A DNA stretch of 64,000 bases from an uncultured Candidatus Saccharibacteria bacterium (GCA_964436545.1 CAYTCJ010000001.1:14392-78391), one strand, 5' to 3'. Shown: positions 1-9,384, numbered from the stretch's first letter. The notes: a model not told the origin generated them from the sequence alone. Made by a program: numbers and translations.

Positions 1-706
1 GATATTGGGGATTAGCGGTAAATACGATGCCAAAGTGTTGAATGGATTAGTTAAACAATATTGGGAGCCTGTGCCCAGAAAAAAATTTTTTGGTTGGCAA
101 AAAGCCAGCGATAAGCAAACTTCACCGAGGATTGAAGTGCAGTTTAAAGCCACCGAACAAGCGCATTTGGCTTTAGGGTTTAAAGGCTTGGCATATGGTG
201 ACAAACGCAATACTGCCCAGAGTGTTTTGTCGGCAATTTTAGGCGGAGGAATGTCTTCCCGGCTGTTTACCGAAGTGCGGGAAAAAAGGGGGCTGGGGTA
301 TTACGTAAGAGCCAGTGGCGGTTGTTATCAGGATACCGGAGTGTTTAATATTGGCGCCGGAGTGCAGGTGGATAAAATTGAAGAAGCCATAAAAATTATT
401 TTCCAAGAATTGGAAAAAATTAAATCATTTAAGGTTGGCGAGACTGAATTAACCAAAGCAAAGGAATTTTTAAAAGGCAAGACAATTTTGGCTTTGGAAG
501 ATAATCAGGTGAGACTGGATTGGTTTTTAGAGAGTACGGCTTTTCGGCCAAAAATTTTAACCCCGACCGAAGTGTTTAAAAAAATTGATGTGGTTAAAGC
601 AGAAGAAGTTCAAAAGGTGGCTAAAGCTTTGTTCAATAAAAAAACCATGACCTTGGCGGTAATCGGCCCGTATAAAAATGAAAAAATTTTTAAGCAATTA
701 ATTTAA
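1..706 (+). CDS. M16 (pitrilysin/insulinase) family zinc peptidase, C-terminal part, 5'-truncated by the window
   Basis: ILGGGMSSRLFTEVREKRGLGY motif and TEQAHLALG, typical of the Peptidase_M16 C-terminal domain. Confidence 0.9.
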   Translation, partial: ILGISGKYDAKVLNGLVKQYWEPVPRKKFFGWQKASDKQTSPRIEVQFKATEQAHLALGFKGLAYGDKRNTAQSVLSAILGGGMSSRLFTEVREKRGLGYYVRASGGCYQDTGVFNIGAGVQVDKIEEAIKIIFQELEKIKSFKVGETELTKAKEFLKGKTILALEDNQVRLDWFLESTAFRPKILTPTEVFKKIDVVKAEEVQKVAKALFNKKTMTLAVIGPYKNEKIFKQLI

Positions 707-1704
707 TGAGTATATCTATTGGTTGTCATGTTTCGGCTTCGGGGGGAGTTTGGAATGCGCCAAAGAATGCGTTTGATTTAGGTTGCGAAACTTTTCAAAT
801 CTTCACTCGTCCACCAATGGGTGGGCCTGCACCAAAGCTTGATGACGTGGTGGTTGAAAAATTTAAAATGGAAATGGTAAAATATTTTCCGAGTTTTAAC
901 TCCCCTCCTAAAGTAGGAGGGGATAAAGGGGTGGTATTTGTTGTCCATTGTCCGTATTTTGTAAATTTCGGTTCTGCTAAAAAAACCACTTATCACGGGT
1001 CAATTTCCGTGGTGTCCGAAGAATTAACACGGGCTAACTTACTTGGCGCAAAGTATGTTATGACCCACTTGGGGAGTTTTAAGGATTTAGGGCAAGCGGT
1101 AGGTATGAAGCAAGCTCAAGCGGGGTTAAAAAGCGTTTTGGAAAAATATGAAGGCAACTCCGACGCTACGGTCGGAGGAGTAAAAACAAAGTTTTTACTC
1201 GAAATATCTGCCGGAGCTGGAGAAGTGATTGGGGATACTTTTGAAGAATTAGCCGAACTTATGGAGCCATTAGTAAAATTTAAGACTTTCGGGGGGATTT
1301 GTTTTGACACCCAGCACGCGTTTTCAAGTGGCTATGATTTGCGCGATGCCTCATCAGTTGCCCAAACCTTTAAGGAGTTTGATAAAGTGATTGGCTTAAA
1401 ATGGCTAAAAATGAGTCATATGAATGATTCTAAAGTGGAATTAGGCGGAAAAAAGGACCGTCACGAACATATTGGGGAGGGAAAGATAGGCGAAAAGGGG
1501 TTTAAAGCAATTTTGGAGTATTTTAGCACCCTCTCTGTCCCGCACAAGCGGGACATCCCTGCCTTGCCGGCAGGCAGGTCTCCCAAGAAGGGAGAGAAAA
1601 ATAATGTGCTTCGCTTTATGCCCTTGATTTTGGAAACCGAACATGATAAAGTCAAAACAGATTTAAAAATTTTAAAACAATTAAGAGACAAAACTTTAAA
1701 ATAG
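706..1704 (+). CDS. nfo: Endonuclease IV (AP endonuclease 2) with three in-frame palindrome-derived insertions
   Basis: IGCHVS, FQIF, HCPYFVN, LLE, CFDTQH, HMNDSK, DRHEHIG and ILET metal-ligand motifs. Confidence 0.93.
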   Translation: MSISIGCHVSASGGVWNAPKNAFDLGCETFQIFTRPPMGGPAPKLDDVVVEKFKMEMVKYFPSFNSPPKVGGDKGVVFVVHCPYFVNFGSAKKTTYHGSISVVSEELTRANLLGAKYVMTHLGSFKDLGQAVGMKQAQAGLKSVLEKYEGNSDATVGGVKTKFLLEISAGAGEVIGDTFEELAELMEPLVKFKTFGGICFDTQHAFSSGYDLRDASSVAQTFKEFDKVIGLKWLKMSHMNDSKVELGGKKDRHEHIGEGKIGEKGFKAILEYFSTLSVPHKRDIPALPAGRSPKKGEKNNVLRFMPLILETEHDKVKTDLKILKQLRDKTLK

Positions 1705-1717
1705 AAAGGAAAAATAT

Positions 1718-1837
1718 ATGAATCCTGAGGTTAGAGGTTTAGGCGAATTATCACCGGCGGAAAGACTTAAGGAACTACAAGCTAATCGAGCTGTGCTTAA
1801 AGAGGTCATTTTGGCATTAGAGGAGCAAGGAGTATAA
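1718..1837 (+). CDS. Small hypothetical protein, 39 aa (MNPEVRGLGELSPAERLKELQANRAVLKEVILALEEQGV)
   Basis: Fills the gap between nfo and the next ORF, AAAGGA upstream, amphipathic helix; below the ORF-track length cutoff. Confidence 0.5.
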   Translation: MNPEVRGLGELSPAERLKELQANRAVLKEVILALEEQGV

Positions 1838-1838
1838 A

Positions 1839-2069
1839 ATGAACGATAAACTTCAAAAGGTGATTCAGTTGGTACAAAACTCTCAACTGGACCAAACTAT
1901 AAAAGATATTTTAATTCGCGATTTACAGACCGAAGGCTTAGAAAATAATGCCTTTTTAAAAGAGCAGGTTAAAGCTTATTGTCTTTCGGAAATTCAGAAA
2001 ATCGATGCGGAAATGGAAGTGGTTATGCAGATTTTGGATGAAAAGGACCCTCAGTCAAAGCCAGAGTAA
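1839..2069 (+). CDS. Hypothetical helical protein
   Basis: 76 aa ORF with an AAGGAG Shine-Dalgarno, co-oriented in the operon. Confidence 0.65.
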   Translation: MNDKLQKVIQLVQNSQLDQTIKDILIRDLQTEGLENNAFLKEQVKAYCLSEIQKIDAEMEVVMQILDEKDPQSKPE

Positions 2070-2147
2070 GCGTTAATTTATTAAGTTGTGCAAAGCCTCA
2101 AATATCGGTATAATAAAAAAGCTTAGAATTAAGCTTTTTTATGTTTT

Positions 2148-2573
2148 ATGGCAGAGACTTTAGTAAGTCCAAGTGAAGTTAGTAGAGATTTAACTAAATT
2201 CGAAGTGGCAGACATTCAAGATATAAACAGTAAATTGGGCGATCCAGACGCAGATAGGGAATATTATGCATTTTTTAAGATGGAAGGCAATAGGTTTGGT
2301 AGATTTACAGTAGAGTTGGATAACGGAAATAATTTCGCAATTATTCCTTCAGACAAAAGTTTTACGCCAATTAAAAATTTAGTTTACGTGGTTTCTTTAA
2401 TTGCCAGGGTTGATGGAGGAAATCGAGATAAGAAATATAAGGGACTTTGGGCAAGTAAATCAGTAAGAGTTGTGGGTTATGTGGGTGAGTCAACAATTAA
2501 TCCCGATGCATTAATTGCGGACATGTTAGCACAGCAAGAAAAAATTTTAGAGAAAAAAAGAAATGCCAAATAA
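2148..2573 (+). CDS. Hypothetical protein
   Basis: 141 aa ORF overlapping the metG start; TATAAT upstream. Confidence 0.65.
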   Translation: MAETLVSPSEVSRDLTKFEVADIQDINSKLGDPDADREYYAFFKMEGNRFGRFTVELDNGNNFAIIPSDKSFTPIKNLVYVVSLIARVDGGNRDKKYKGLWASKSVRVVGYVGESTINPDALIADMLAQQEKILEKKRNAK

Positions 2574-4056
2574 ATTTTATTTAACCACCACTTTGCCATA
2601 TGTAAATTCCAGCCCTCATTTGGGGTTTGCTTTGGAAATGGTATTGGCCGACAGTATTGTTAGGTACCAAAAACTTTTAGGGGGGGAAGTATTTTTTAAT
2701 ACCGGTACCGACGAACACGGAGTGAAAATATTTAGAAAAGCTCAGGAAGAGGGTAAGGCGGTACAAAAGTATGTAGATGAGTTTGCGGAACAGTTTAAGC
2801 AATTAATGCCCGCTTTGGGGATTCTGCCCGAGATTCATTTTATTCGCACCACCGAAAAATATCATATTAACGCCTGCCAAGCTTTTTGGGAGCGTTGTTT
2901 TCAAAACGGGGATATTTATAAAAAGATTTATCATATTAAATACTGTGTGGGCTGTGAATTGGAAAAAACCGAAAGCGAATTAAGCTCGGACGGGAAATGT
3001 TTGGTGCATCCGAATTTGGTAATTGAAGTTTTAGAAGAAGAAAATTATTTTTTTCGGTTTAGTAAGTACCAACAATCTTTGTTAGAGTTTTACAAGCAAT
3101 CCCCCGATTTTGTGGTACCGGAATTTAGGTTTAATGAAATAAAAGAATTTGTAAAAAACGGTTTGCAAGATTTTTCCATTTCTCGGCTGAAAGAAAAAAT
3201 GCCTTGGGGAGTGCCGGTGCCCGGAGACGAAACTCAAGTAATGTATGTGTGGTTTGATGCTTTAATTAACTATGTTTCTACGCTAGGGTGGGGAGTAGAT
3301 AGCAATCAGCAAATCAGCAAATCAGCAAATCAGTTTACGGATTTTTGGGGTACAAAAGAAAAACCAAATGCCATACAAATTGCCGGTAAAGATAATTTAC
3401 GCCAACAATCGGCCATGTGGCAGGCTATGTTAATGTCTGCCGGGCTTCCCACCTCCAAACAAATTATCATTCACGGGTTTATTACCAGCGGAGGACAAAA
3501 AATGTCCAAGAGTTTAGGTAATGTGGCAGATCCTTATTCCATCTTGAGCCAGCTAAAAACCAAAGGGCTTACCAATGAGCAAGCTATAGATGCTTTACGA
3601 TATTATTTACTTAGAGAAATTCCCACTTTTGAAGATGGGGATTATACTTGGGAAAGGTTTGTAGAAAGTTATAATGCCAATTTGGCCAATGGGGTTGGAA
3701 ATTTAACGTCACGGATTTTGAAAATGGCAGTGAATGCCGGAATTATGAAGTATGAATTAGGAATTAGGAATGAGAAAACAAATCAGCATTTAGAAAAATA
3801 CGAACTCCAAAAAGCCATGGACCTGATTTGGCAAAAAATTAAAGCTTGTGACGAGTATATTCAAAAAACCGAACCCTTTAAACAAATTAAAGTGAATGAA
3901 GCGGAAGCTAAAAAAAATATTCAATTTTTACTTTCCGAATTGCATCAAATCGCCTTTGATTTACAAGCTTTTTTGCCTCATACGGCAGAGCAAATACTTA
4001 AAGCATTAACCGGAAATACGCAGAATGAAATTCCGCGTTTATTTCCAAGGATATAA
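2563..4056 (+). CDS. metG: Methionyl-tRNA synthetase, short form without the C-terminal dimerisation domain
   Basis: YLTTTLPYVN..HLG, GTDEHG, YVWFDAL and KMSKS motifs. Confidence 0.97.
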   Translation: MPNKFYLTTTLPYVNSSPHLGFALEMVLADSIVRYQKLLGGEVFFNTGTDEHGVKIFRKAQEEGKAVQKYVDEFAEQFKQLMPALGILPEIHFIRTTEKYHINACQAFWERCFQNGDIYKKIYHIKYCVGCELEKTESELSSDGKCLVHPNLVIEVLEEENYFFRFSKYQQSLLEFYKQSPDFVVPEFRFNEIKEFVKNGLQDFSISRLKEKMPWGVPVPGDETQVMYVWFDALINYVSTLGWGVDSNQQISKSANQFTDFWGTKEKPNAIQIAGKDNLRQQSAMWQAMLMSAGLPTSKQIIIHGFITSGGQKMSKSLGNVADPYSILSQLKTKGLTNEQAIDALRYYLLREIPTFEDGDYTWERFVESYNANLANGVGNLTSRILKMAVNAGIMKYELGIRNEKTNQHLEKYELQKAMDLIWQKIKACDEYIQKTEPFKQIKVNEAEAKKNIQFLLSELHQIAFDLQAFLPHTAEQILKALTGNTQNEIPRLFPRI

Positions 4057-4060
4057 ATTT

Positions 4061-4372
4061 ATGAGTTCCAGAGTGCCTAATTTAGCGGGATATAGTAATA
4101 GACCTGCATATGAAATACAAAATACGGGCGCAGAGTACGATAGGTCAGGAGCAGATTTATCTGTGGAGTTAAACAGAGACGATTTAATAAGCCAAATACA
4201 AAGTGCTATAGAAGGAGTAGCTTCAATATCGGACAGTAATATTCAAAGTTTGGAAAATCAATTAAAAAATTTATTAAGAGAATTGCAAGATAATTCTTCT
4301 GGTCGTTCTTTAGAGACTATAAGTAAAGAGGTAGATAGTATTTTACAACAGTTAGGAGTTAATGATTATTAA
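4061..4372 (+). CDS. Hypothetical coiled-coil protein
   Basis: ATG 4 nt after the metG stop; heptad-rich C-terminal half. Confidence 0.6.
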   Translation: MSSRVPNLAGYSNRPAYEIQNTGAEYDRSGADLSVELNRDDLISQIQSAIEGVASISDSNIQSLENQLKNLLRELQDNSSGRSLETISKEVDSILQQLGVNDY

Positions 4373-4385
4373 TTTATAAAAATCT

Positions 4386-4595
4386 ATGCCAGACGAAGAA
4401 CAAAATGAATCTAATGGTAATTGTGGTGGGGCCACAGGTTCTGCAGGGAGTGCGATTGGGGGTTTCTTAGGTGGTGTGGGTGGTGCTATTGGTGGTGCTT
4501 TGGGTGGTTTAGGTGGTATGGTGGGTGGGTTGTTAGGCGGATCGAATTCGGGAGAACCGGAAGCCGGCAATGGAGAAAATTCAGAGGAAAATTAA
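4386..4595 (+). CDS. Small glycine-zipper protein
   Basis: GxxxG repeats (GSAIGGFLGGVGGAIGGALGGLGGMVGGLLGG) between acidic termini. Confidence 0.6.
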   Translation: MPDEEQNESNGNCGGATGSAGSAIGGFLGGVGGAIGGALGGLGGMVGGLLGGSNSGEPEAGNGENSEEN

Positions 4596-4638
4596 AGGTC
4601 TAAGAAATATTAATTAATTGAATAATCAAAAAGATGTT

Positions 4639-5289
4639 ATGCCTTCAGAAGTTTATGATACGGATAGAGAAAATTTGGCAAAAGCTGATGCTAATTTAGT
4701 AAGAGTAGGATTAAATGTTAGTTTAATAAAAGAGTTTAAAAGAGTGTTGGACTTAGGAGCAGGAGATTGTGTAATTGAAAGAACAGTTACACAAGCTGGG
4801 GGTACGAATGTTACTTCTGTTGGATTAAAACCATCAAATACCAATCGATCAAGAGCTGTAAATTTTACTTCCATGGATATTACTCGGGGGGTGGGAAGAT
4901 TACCTTTAGCAAGTTTTGATTTAATTGTGAGTATTAACGGACCAATGGCTTTATCTAAAACCCGTGAACAAGCAGTAGCAATGTTGGAAAATTCAATTAG
5001 ATTATTGTCACCTCATGGTGAATTAAGGATTGCACCAATTCGTTTTGGTTTTATTAAACAGGAATTATTTTCTCGAGATGAAAGATATGCCAACATCCAA
5101 GGAAAATTATCACATTTAAGAACTGCAAAAGAAATTGATTATTTACAACAAGTTAATCAACAAGCAGATTCTTTGACTCAGGAAAGATTACGAAATTTAG
5201 GTTATGTGTTTGAGGTTGGTCATGGGCTAAATGGGATAGAAAACAGTTATTTGGTTTTTAAGAAAAGTCAAAATCCTTATGTTAATTGA
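4639..5289 (+). CDS. Class I SAM-dependent methyltransferase
   Basis: VLDLGAG motif I, SFDLIVS and RLLSPHGEL. Confidence 0.8.
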   Translation: MPSEVYDTDRENLAKADANLVRVGLNVSLIKEFKRVLDLGAGDCVIERTVTQAGGTNVTSVGLKPSNTNRSRAVNFTSMDITRGVGRLPLASFDLIVSINGPMALSKTREQAVAMLENSIRLLSPHGELRIAPIRFGFIKQELFSRDERYANIQGKLSHLRTAKEIDYLQQVNQQADSLTQERLRNLGYVFEVGHGLNGIENSYLVFKKSQNPYVN

Positions 5290-6253
5290 CACTCACGCCC
5301 ATATTAATTTTAAAGCCTTTGAGGCTGATGCTACGGAAGTGGTTCAGCGCGCTTTTAATAATGGAGTAAGTCTAATCTTGGTGGGGACGCAAATAGATAC
5401 TTCTAAAGAAGCAGTTGAGCTTGCTGAGAAATTTAACTCCCCCGCCTTCGGTACCCCCTCTTTGGCCAAAGAGGGGGGAGGGGGAGTTTATGCTGTCGTG
5501 GGTCTTCATCCGGTTCATACTTACAGCCAGCATTTAGACGAAGAAGAAACCAGCTTTCAAACCCGCGAAGAAATTTTTGATTATGAAGCTTATTATAAAC
5601 TTGCCAGTCATCCGCTGGTGGTGGGTATAGGGGAGTGCGGATTGGACTATTACAGAATTAAGAATGATGAATTAGGAATTATGAATGTGGAAGAAATTAA
5701 GAAAAAGCAAAAACTGACTTTTATTCAGCAAATTAAATTAGCAAAAGAATTAGACAAGGCATTAGTGATTCATTGTCGGCCCAGTGTCGGCACGGCAGAT
5801 GCTTATGAAGATATCCTTCAAATTCTGGACCAAGAATTTGAAAAATTCCAAATTCCAAATCCCAAATTCCAAATGCGGTTTGAAATTCATTCTTTTACCG
5901 GTTCACCGGAGATTGCTATGGAGTTTGTAAAACGTGGCGCTTATGTAGGTTTAAATGGTATAATTACCTTTGGAGATCGAAAGACAAAAAATCTGACGAC
6001 ATCCTCCATAGCCTTGGCGAAGGAGGGTGATAAGACCGGTAATATGAAAAAAGTGGTGGAAACTGTGCCTTTGGAGCGAATAGTTTTGGAAACCGATTCG
6101 CCTTACCTAACTCCAGTCCCGCATCGAGGAAAACGCAATGAGCCTTTATTTGTTAAACACGTAGCAGAAAAAGTGGCGGAAATTAAAGGTGTGTCTTTAG
6201 AAGAAGTGGCAAAAACCACAACTCAAAACGCTAAATTGTTATTTAATATTTAA
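5279..6253 (+). CDS. tatD: TatD family DNase with four in-frame repeat-derived insertions
   Basis: DTHAH, GLHP, GECGLDY, IHCR, HSFTG, LETDSPY and GKRNEP motifs. Confidence 0.95.
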   Translation: MLIDTHAHINFKAFEADATEVVQRAFNNGVSLILVGTQIDTSKEAVELAEKFNSPAFGTPSLAKEGGGGVYAVVGLHPVHTYSQHLDEEETSFQTREEIFDYEAYYKLASHPLVVGIGECGLDYYRIKNDELGIMNVEEIKKKQKLTFIQQIKLAKELDKALVIHCRPSVGTADAYEDILQILDQEFEKFQIPNPKFQMRFEIHSFTGSPEIAMEFVKRGAYVGLNGIITFGDRKTKNLTTSSIALAKEGDKTGNMKKVVETVPLERIVLETDSPYLTPVPHRGKRNEPLFVKHVAEKVAEIKGVSLEEVAKTTTQNAKLLFNI

Positions 6254-6257
6254 AGTT

Positions 6258-9200
6258 ATGACTAAGTATAATCCAAAAAAAACCGAAGCGAAATGGCAAA
6301 AATTTTGGCAGACCCGAAAAATTTTTGTTGGCAAAGATTTTTCCAAAAAACCTAAAAAATTTGTCTTAGTGGAATTTCCATATCCTTCCGGTGCGGGTTT
6401 GCATATGGGCCATTTGCGTCCCTATGTGGCTGCCGATGTCTATGCTCGGTTTTGCAGAATGAAAGGTTTTGAAACTTTATTCCCCATGGGCTGGGATGCT
6501 TTTGGGCTTCCGGCAGAAAATTATGCTCTAAAAATGGGCGTGCATCCGGCCATTACCACCAAAAAGAACATTGCCAATGCTAAAAAACAAATGTTGTCTT
6601 GGGGACTTTCGTTCGATTGGAGCCGGGAAATTAATACCACAGATCCGAATTACTATAAATGGACACAGTGGTTATTTTTACAGTTCTATAAAAAGGGTTT
6701 GGCTTTTGAAGCGACCGGAGTCATTAATTGGTGTCCTTCTTGTAAAACTGGTTTGGCTAACGAAGAAGTGATAGACAACAGTTGTGAGCGTTGTGGCACT
6801 AAAGTGGAAAAGAAAGAATTAAGGCAATGGTATTTAAAAATTACTCAATACGCGGAAAAGTTATTGCAAGGTTTGGAAACTTTAAAAGCTTGGCCCGAAC
6901 CGGTAAAACTTCAACAACAGAATTGGATTGGTAAAAAAACCGGAATAAATATTACTTACGATATTGTTTCGGATAAGGCAGATTCAAATTATGTTTTACT
7001 TCATGGGTTTAACGGAAGCAGTGAGGGGATATTTTTTCCGTGGTTAAAACAAGAATTAAACAAACGAACAGTAAAAGTAGTTTGTCCTAATTTACCTAAC
7101 GCCAATCATCCCACAGAAGATGAACAAGTAGCATATGTGTTAAAAACTTGCGAATTTAATTCTCGCACTATTTTATTTGGCCATAGTTTAGGCGCGGTGG
7201 TGGCTTTAAAGGTGTTAGAAAAATTAAACACTAAAATTGCCGGAGTGGTTTTAGCCGGGGGTTTTACCAATCCAAATTTTAAAGATAATTCAAGACCGTT
7301 TGCAAAAACTTTTAATTGGCAGTTTGATTTTAATAAAATTAAATCCAATGTGGATTTTGTAAAGATTCTTAGCGATCCCACAGATTATGCCATTCCCACA
7401 GAGCAAGGAAAGAATCTGCAAATGAACTTGGCAGGCGCTCTTTTGGAAATCCCCGGTGAAAAACCGCATTACACTTCGGAAGTGGAACCTAATATTTTAA
7501 ACGCACTTCTACCTAACATTACTTGCTTTACCACTCGGCCAGACACCAACTTTGGAGCGACCTTTGTGGTAATCGGACCGGAACATCCGTATTTAAAACA
7601 TAGGCAAATTTTAAATATTGGCACCAAAGCTTGGCAAGCCATTGAAGCTTATAAGCAACAAGCTTTAAGCCAAGGCGATGAAGTTAGAACTGCGGAAAAC
7701 CGTAAAAAGACCGGAGTGTTTACGGGTTTGTATTGTTTGAACCCGCTCACTAATTTTAAAATGCCGTTATATGTGGCAGATTATGTGCTGGGGAATGTGG
7801 GTACCGGGGCGGTGGTGGGTGTGCCTGGGCATGACAAGCGGGATTTTGAATTTGCCCAAGTTTTTAATTTGGAAATTAAACGCGTGGTACAAAAGCATGA
7901 ACAAGACAATTTACCCATAACCACCTTAGAGCAAGTTCAGGAAGAAACAGGGGTTATGGTAAATTCCGAATTTTTAAACGGGTTAGATATCCATACCGCC
8001 ACAGAAAAAATTATGGATTATATGGAAAGTCAAGGAATGGGTAAACGAGTGGTAAATTATAAATTACGGGATTGGGTATTTAGTCGCCAAAGGTATTGGG
8101 GTGAACCTATTCCTTTGGTGCACTGTGAAGATTGCGGGGTAGTGCCGGTACCGGAAAAAGATTTGCCGGTTAAACTGCCCAAAGTAAAAAAATATGAACC
8201 TACCGGCACCGGGGAATCACCCTTGGCAGATATTTTAAATTGGGTTAAAACCAAATGCCCACAGTGTAAAAAGTTGGCTTATCGGGAAACTAACACTATG
8301 CCTCAGTGGGCAGGGAGTAGTTGGTATTGGTTAAGATTTACCGATGCCAAAAATTCCAAAGCTTTTGCATCTATCAAAAACCAAAAATACTGGACTCCGG
8401 TAGATGTATATTTTGGCGGAATGGAGCATACGACTTTGCATTTGCTTTACAGCCGTTTTTGGAATCAATTTTTGTTTGATAATGGCTTGGTAGTTTCCAG
8501 CGAACCCTATAGTTTGCGCAAACCTCACGGCATTGTTTTGGGTCCGGATGGCGAAAAAATGTCCAAGTCTCGGGGTAATGTGGTAGATCCGCAAGCGATA
8601 ATTAAACTTTATGGCGCAGATACCTTAAGAATGTATGAATTATTTTTAGGTCCGCATGAGGCCATGGTGGCGTTTAATGATAAAGGCGCCGTAGGGGTAA
8701 AACGGTTTTTAGATAGAATGTGGGATTGGGTATTAAATAATATCAAATATCAAAAATCAAATATCAAAGATTCGGAAAAAGTGGAGCAGGAATTGCATAA
8801 ATTAATAAAGAAAATCACTGAAGATATTGAAAATTTCCGCTTTAATACTTGTATCTCCGCTTTTATGGAGTTTTATAACCAAATTAAAGAAGAGAAGGTC
8901 TCTTGGGAAGTAATAAAAACTTTTTTAATTTTATTGTATCCTTTTGCCCCGCACGTAGCCGAAGAGTTGAATCAGCTTGCCAGCTCGTCAGCTAATCAGC
9001 GAATCCTCCGTCGCCATGGCTATGGAGGACAAGTCAGAAAGTCAGCGAATCAAAAAATTATTAAGTCACTCCAGTTGGCCAAGTGGCCGGAGTTTGACAG
9101 TACGAAAATTGTTCAGAAAGAAGCGGAAATTGTAATTCAAATTAATGGAAAAGTGAAAGGTAAAATTCAAGTGGGGTTTGATTCAGCCGAAGAGGCGGTT

Positions 9201-9305
9201 AAAGTGGAAGTTTTAAAATTGGAGGTTATTAAACAAGCTCTAATTAACGATAGCATTAAGCGAGTGGTATTTGTTAAGAACCGATTAATTAATTTGGTAA
9301 TCTAA
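6258..9305 (+). CDS. leuS: Leucyl-tRNA synthetase with an inserted alpha/beta-hydrolase domain
   Basis: FPYPSGAGLHMGH, TTRPDT, GTGAVVGVPGHDKRD, RDWVFSRQRYWG and KMSKS; extra ~175 aa containing GHSLG. Confidence 0.97.
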   Translation: MTKYNPKKTEAKWQKFWQTRKIFVGKDFSKKPKKFVLVEFPYPSGAGLHMGHLRPYVAADVYARFCRMKGFETLFPMGWDAFGLPAENYALKMGVHPAITTKKNIANAKKQMLSWGLSFDWSREINTTDPNYYKWTQWLFLQFYKKGLAFEATGVINWCPSCKTGLANEEVIDNSCERCGTKVEKKELRQWYLKITQYAEKLLQGLETLKAWPEPVKLQQQNWIGKKTGINITYDIVSDKADSNYVLLHGFNGSSEGIFFPWLKQELNKRTVKVVCPNLPNANHPTEDEQVAYVLKTCEFNSRTILFGHSLGAVVALKVLEKLNTKIAGVVLAGGFTNPNFKDNSRPFAKTFNWQFDFNKIKSNVDFVKILSDPTDYAIPTEQGKNLQMNLAGALLEIPGEKPHYTSEVEPNILNALLPNITCFTTRPDTNFGATFVVIGPEHPYLKHRQILNIGTKAWQAIEAYKQQALSQGDEVRTAENRKKTGVFTGLYCLNPLTNFKMPLYVADYVLGNVGTGAVVGVPGHDKRDFEFAQVFNLEIKRVVQKHEQDNLPITTLEQVQEETGVMVNSEFLNGLDIHTATEKIMDYMESQGMGKRVVNYKLRDWVFSRQRYWGEPIPLVHCEDCGVVPVPEKDLPVKLPKVKKYEPTGTGESPLADILNWVKTKCPQCKKLAYRETNTMPQWAGSSWYWLRFTDAKNSKAFASIKNQKYWTPVDVYFGGMEHTTLHLLYSRFWNQFLFDNGLVVSSEPYSLRKPHGIVLGPDGEKMSKSRGNVVDPQAIIKLYGADTLRMYELFLGPHEAMVAFNDKGAVGVKRFLDRMWDWVLNNIKYQKSNIKDSEKVEQELHKLIKKITEDIENFRFNTCISAFMEFYNQIKEEKVSWEVIKTFLILLYPFAPHVAEELNQLASSSANQRILRRHGYGGQVRKSANQKIIKSLQLAKWPEFDSTKIVQKEAEIVIQINGKVKGKIQVGFDSAEEAVKVEVLKLEVIKQALINDSIKRVVFVKNRLINLVI

Positions 9306-9384
9306 CCGACCCGAATAATTCGTAATATTCGAATGCTCCGAATTCGGATAATTGGGATGCCCTTCGTTGATTTGGATTGCGTTT

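Noticed and set aside
6985-7515. Intein in LeuRS
   Set aside because: No Cys/Ser-start and His-Asn-end splice motifs or LAGLIDADG blocks; the insert has alpha/beta-hydrolase motifs instead.
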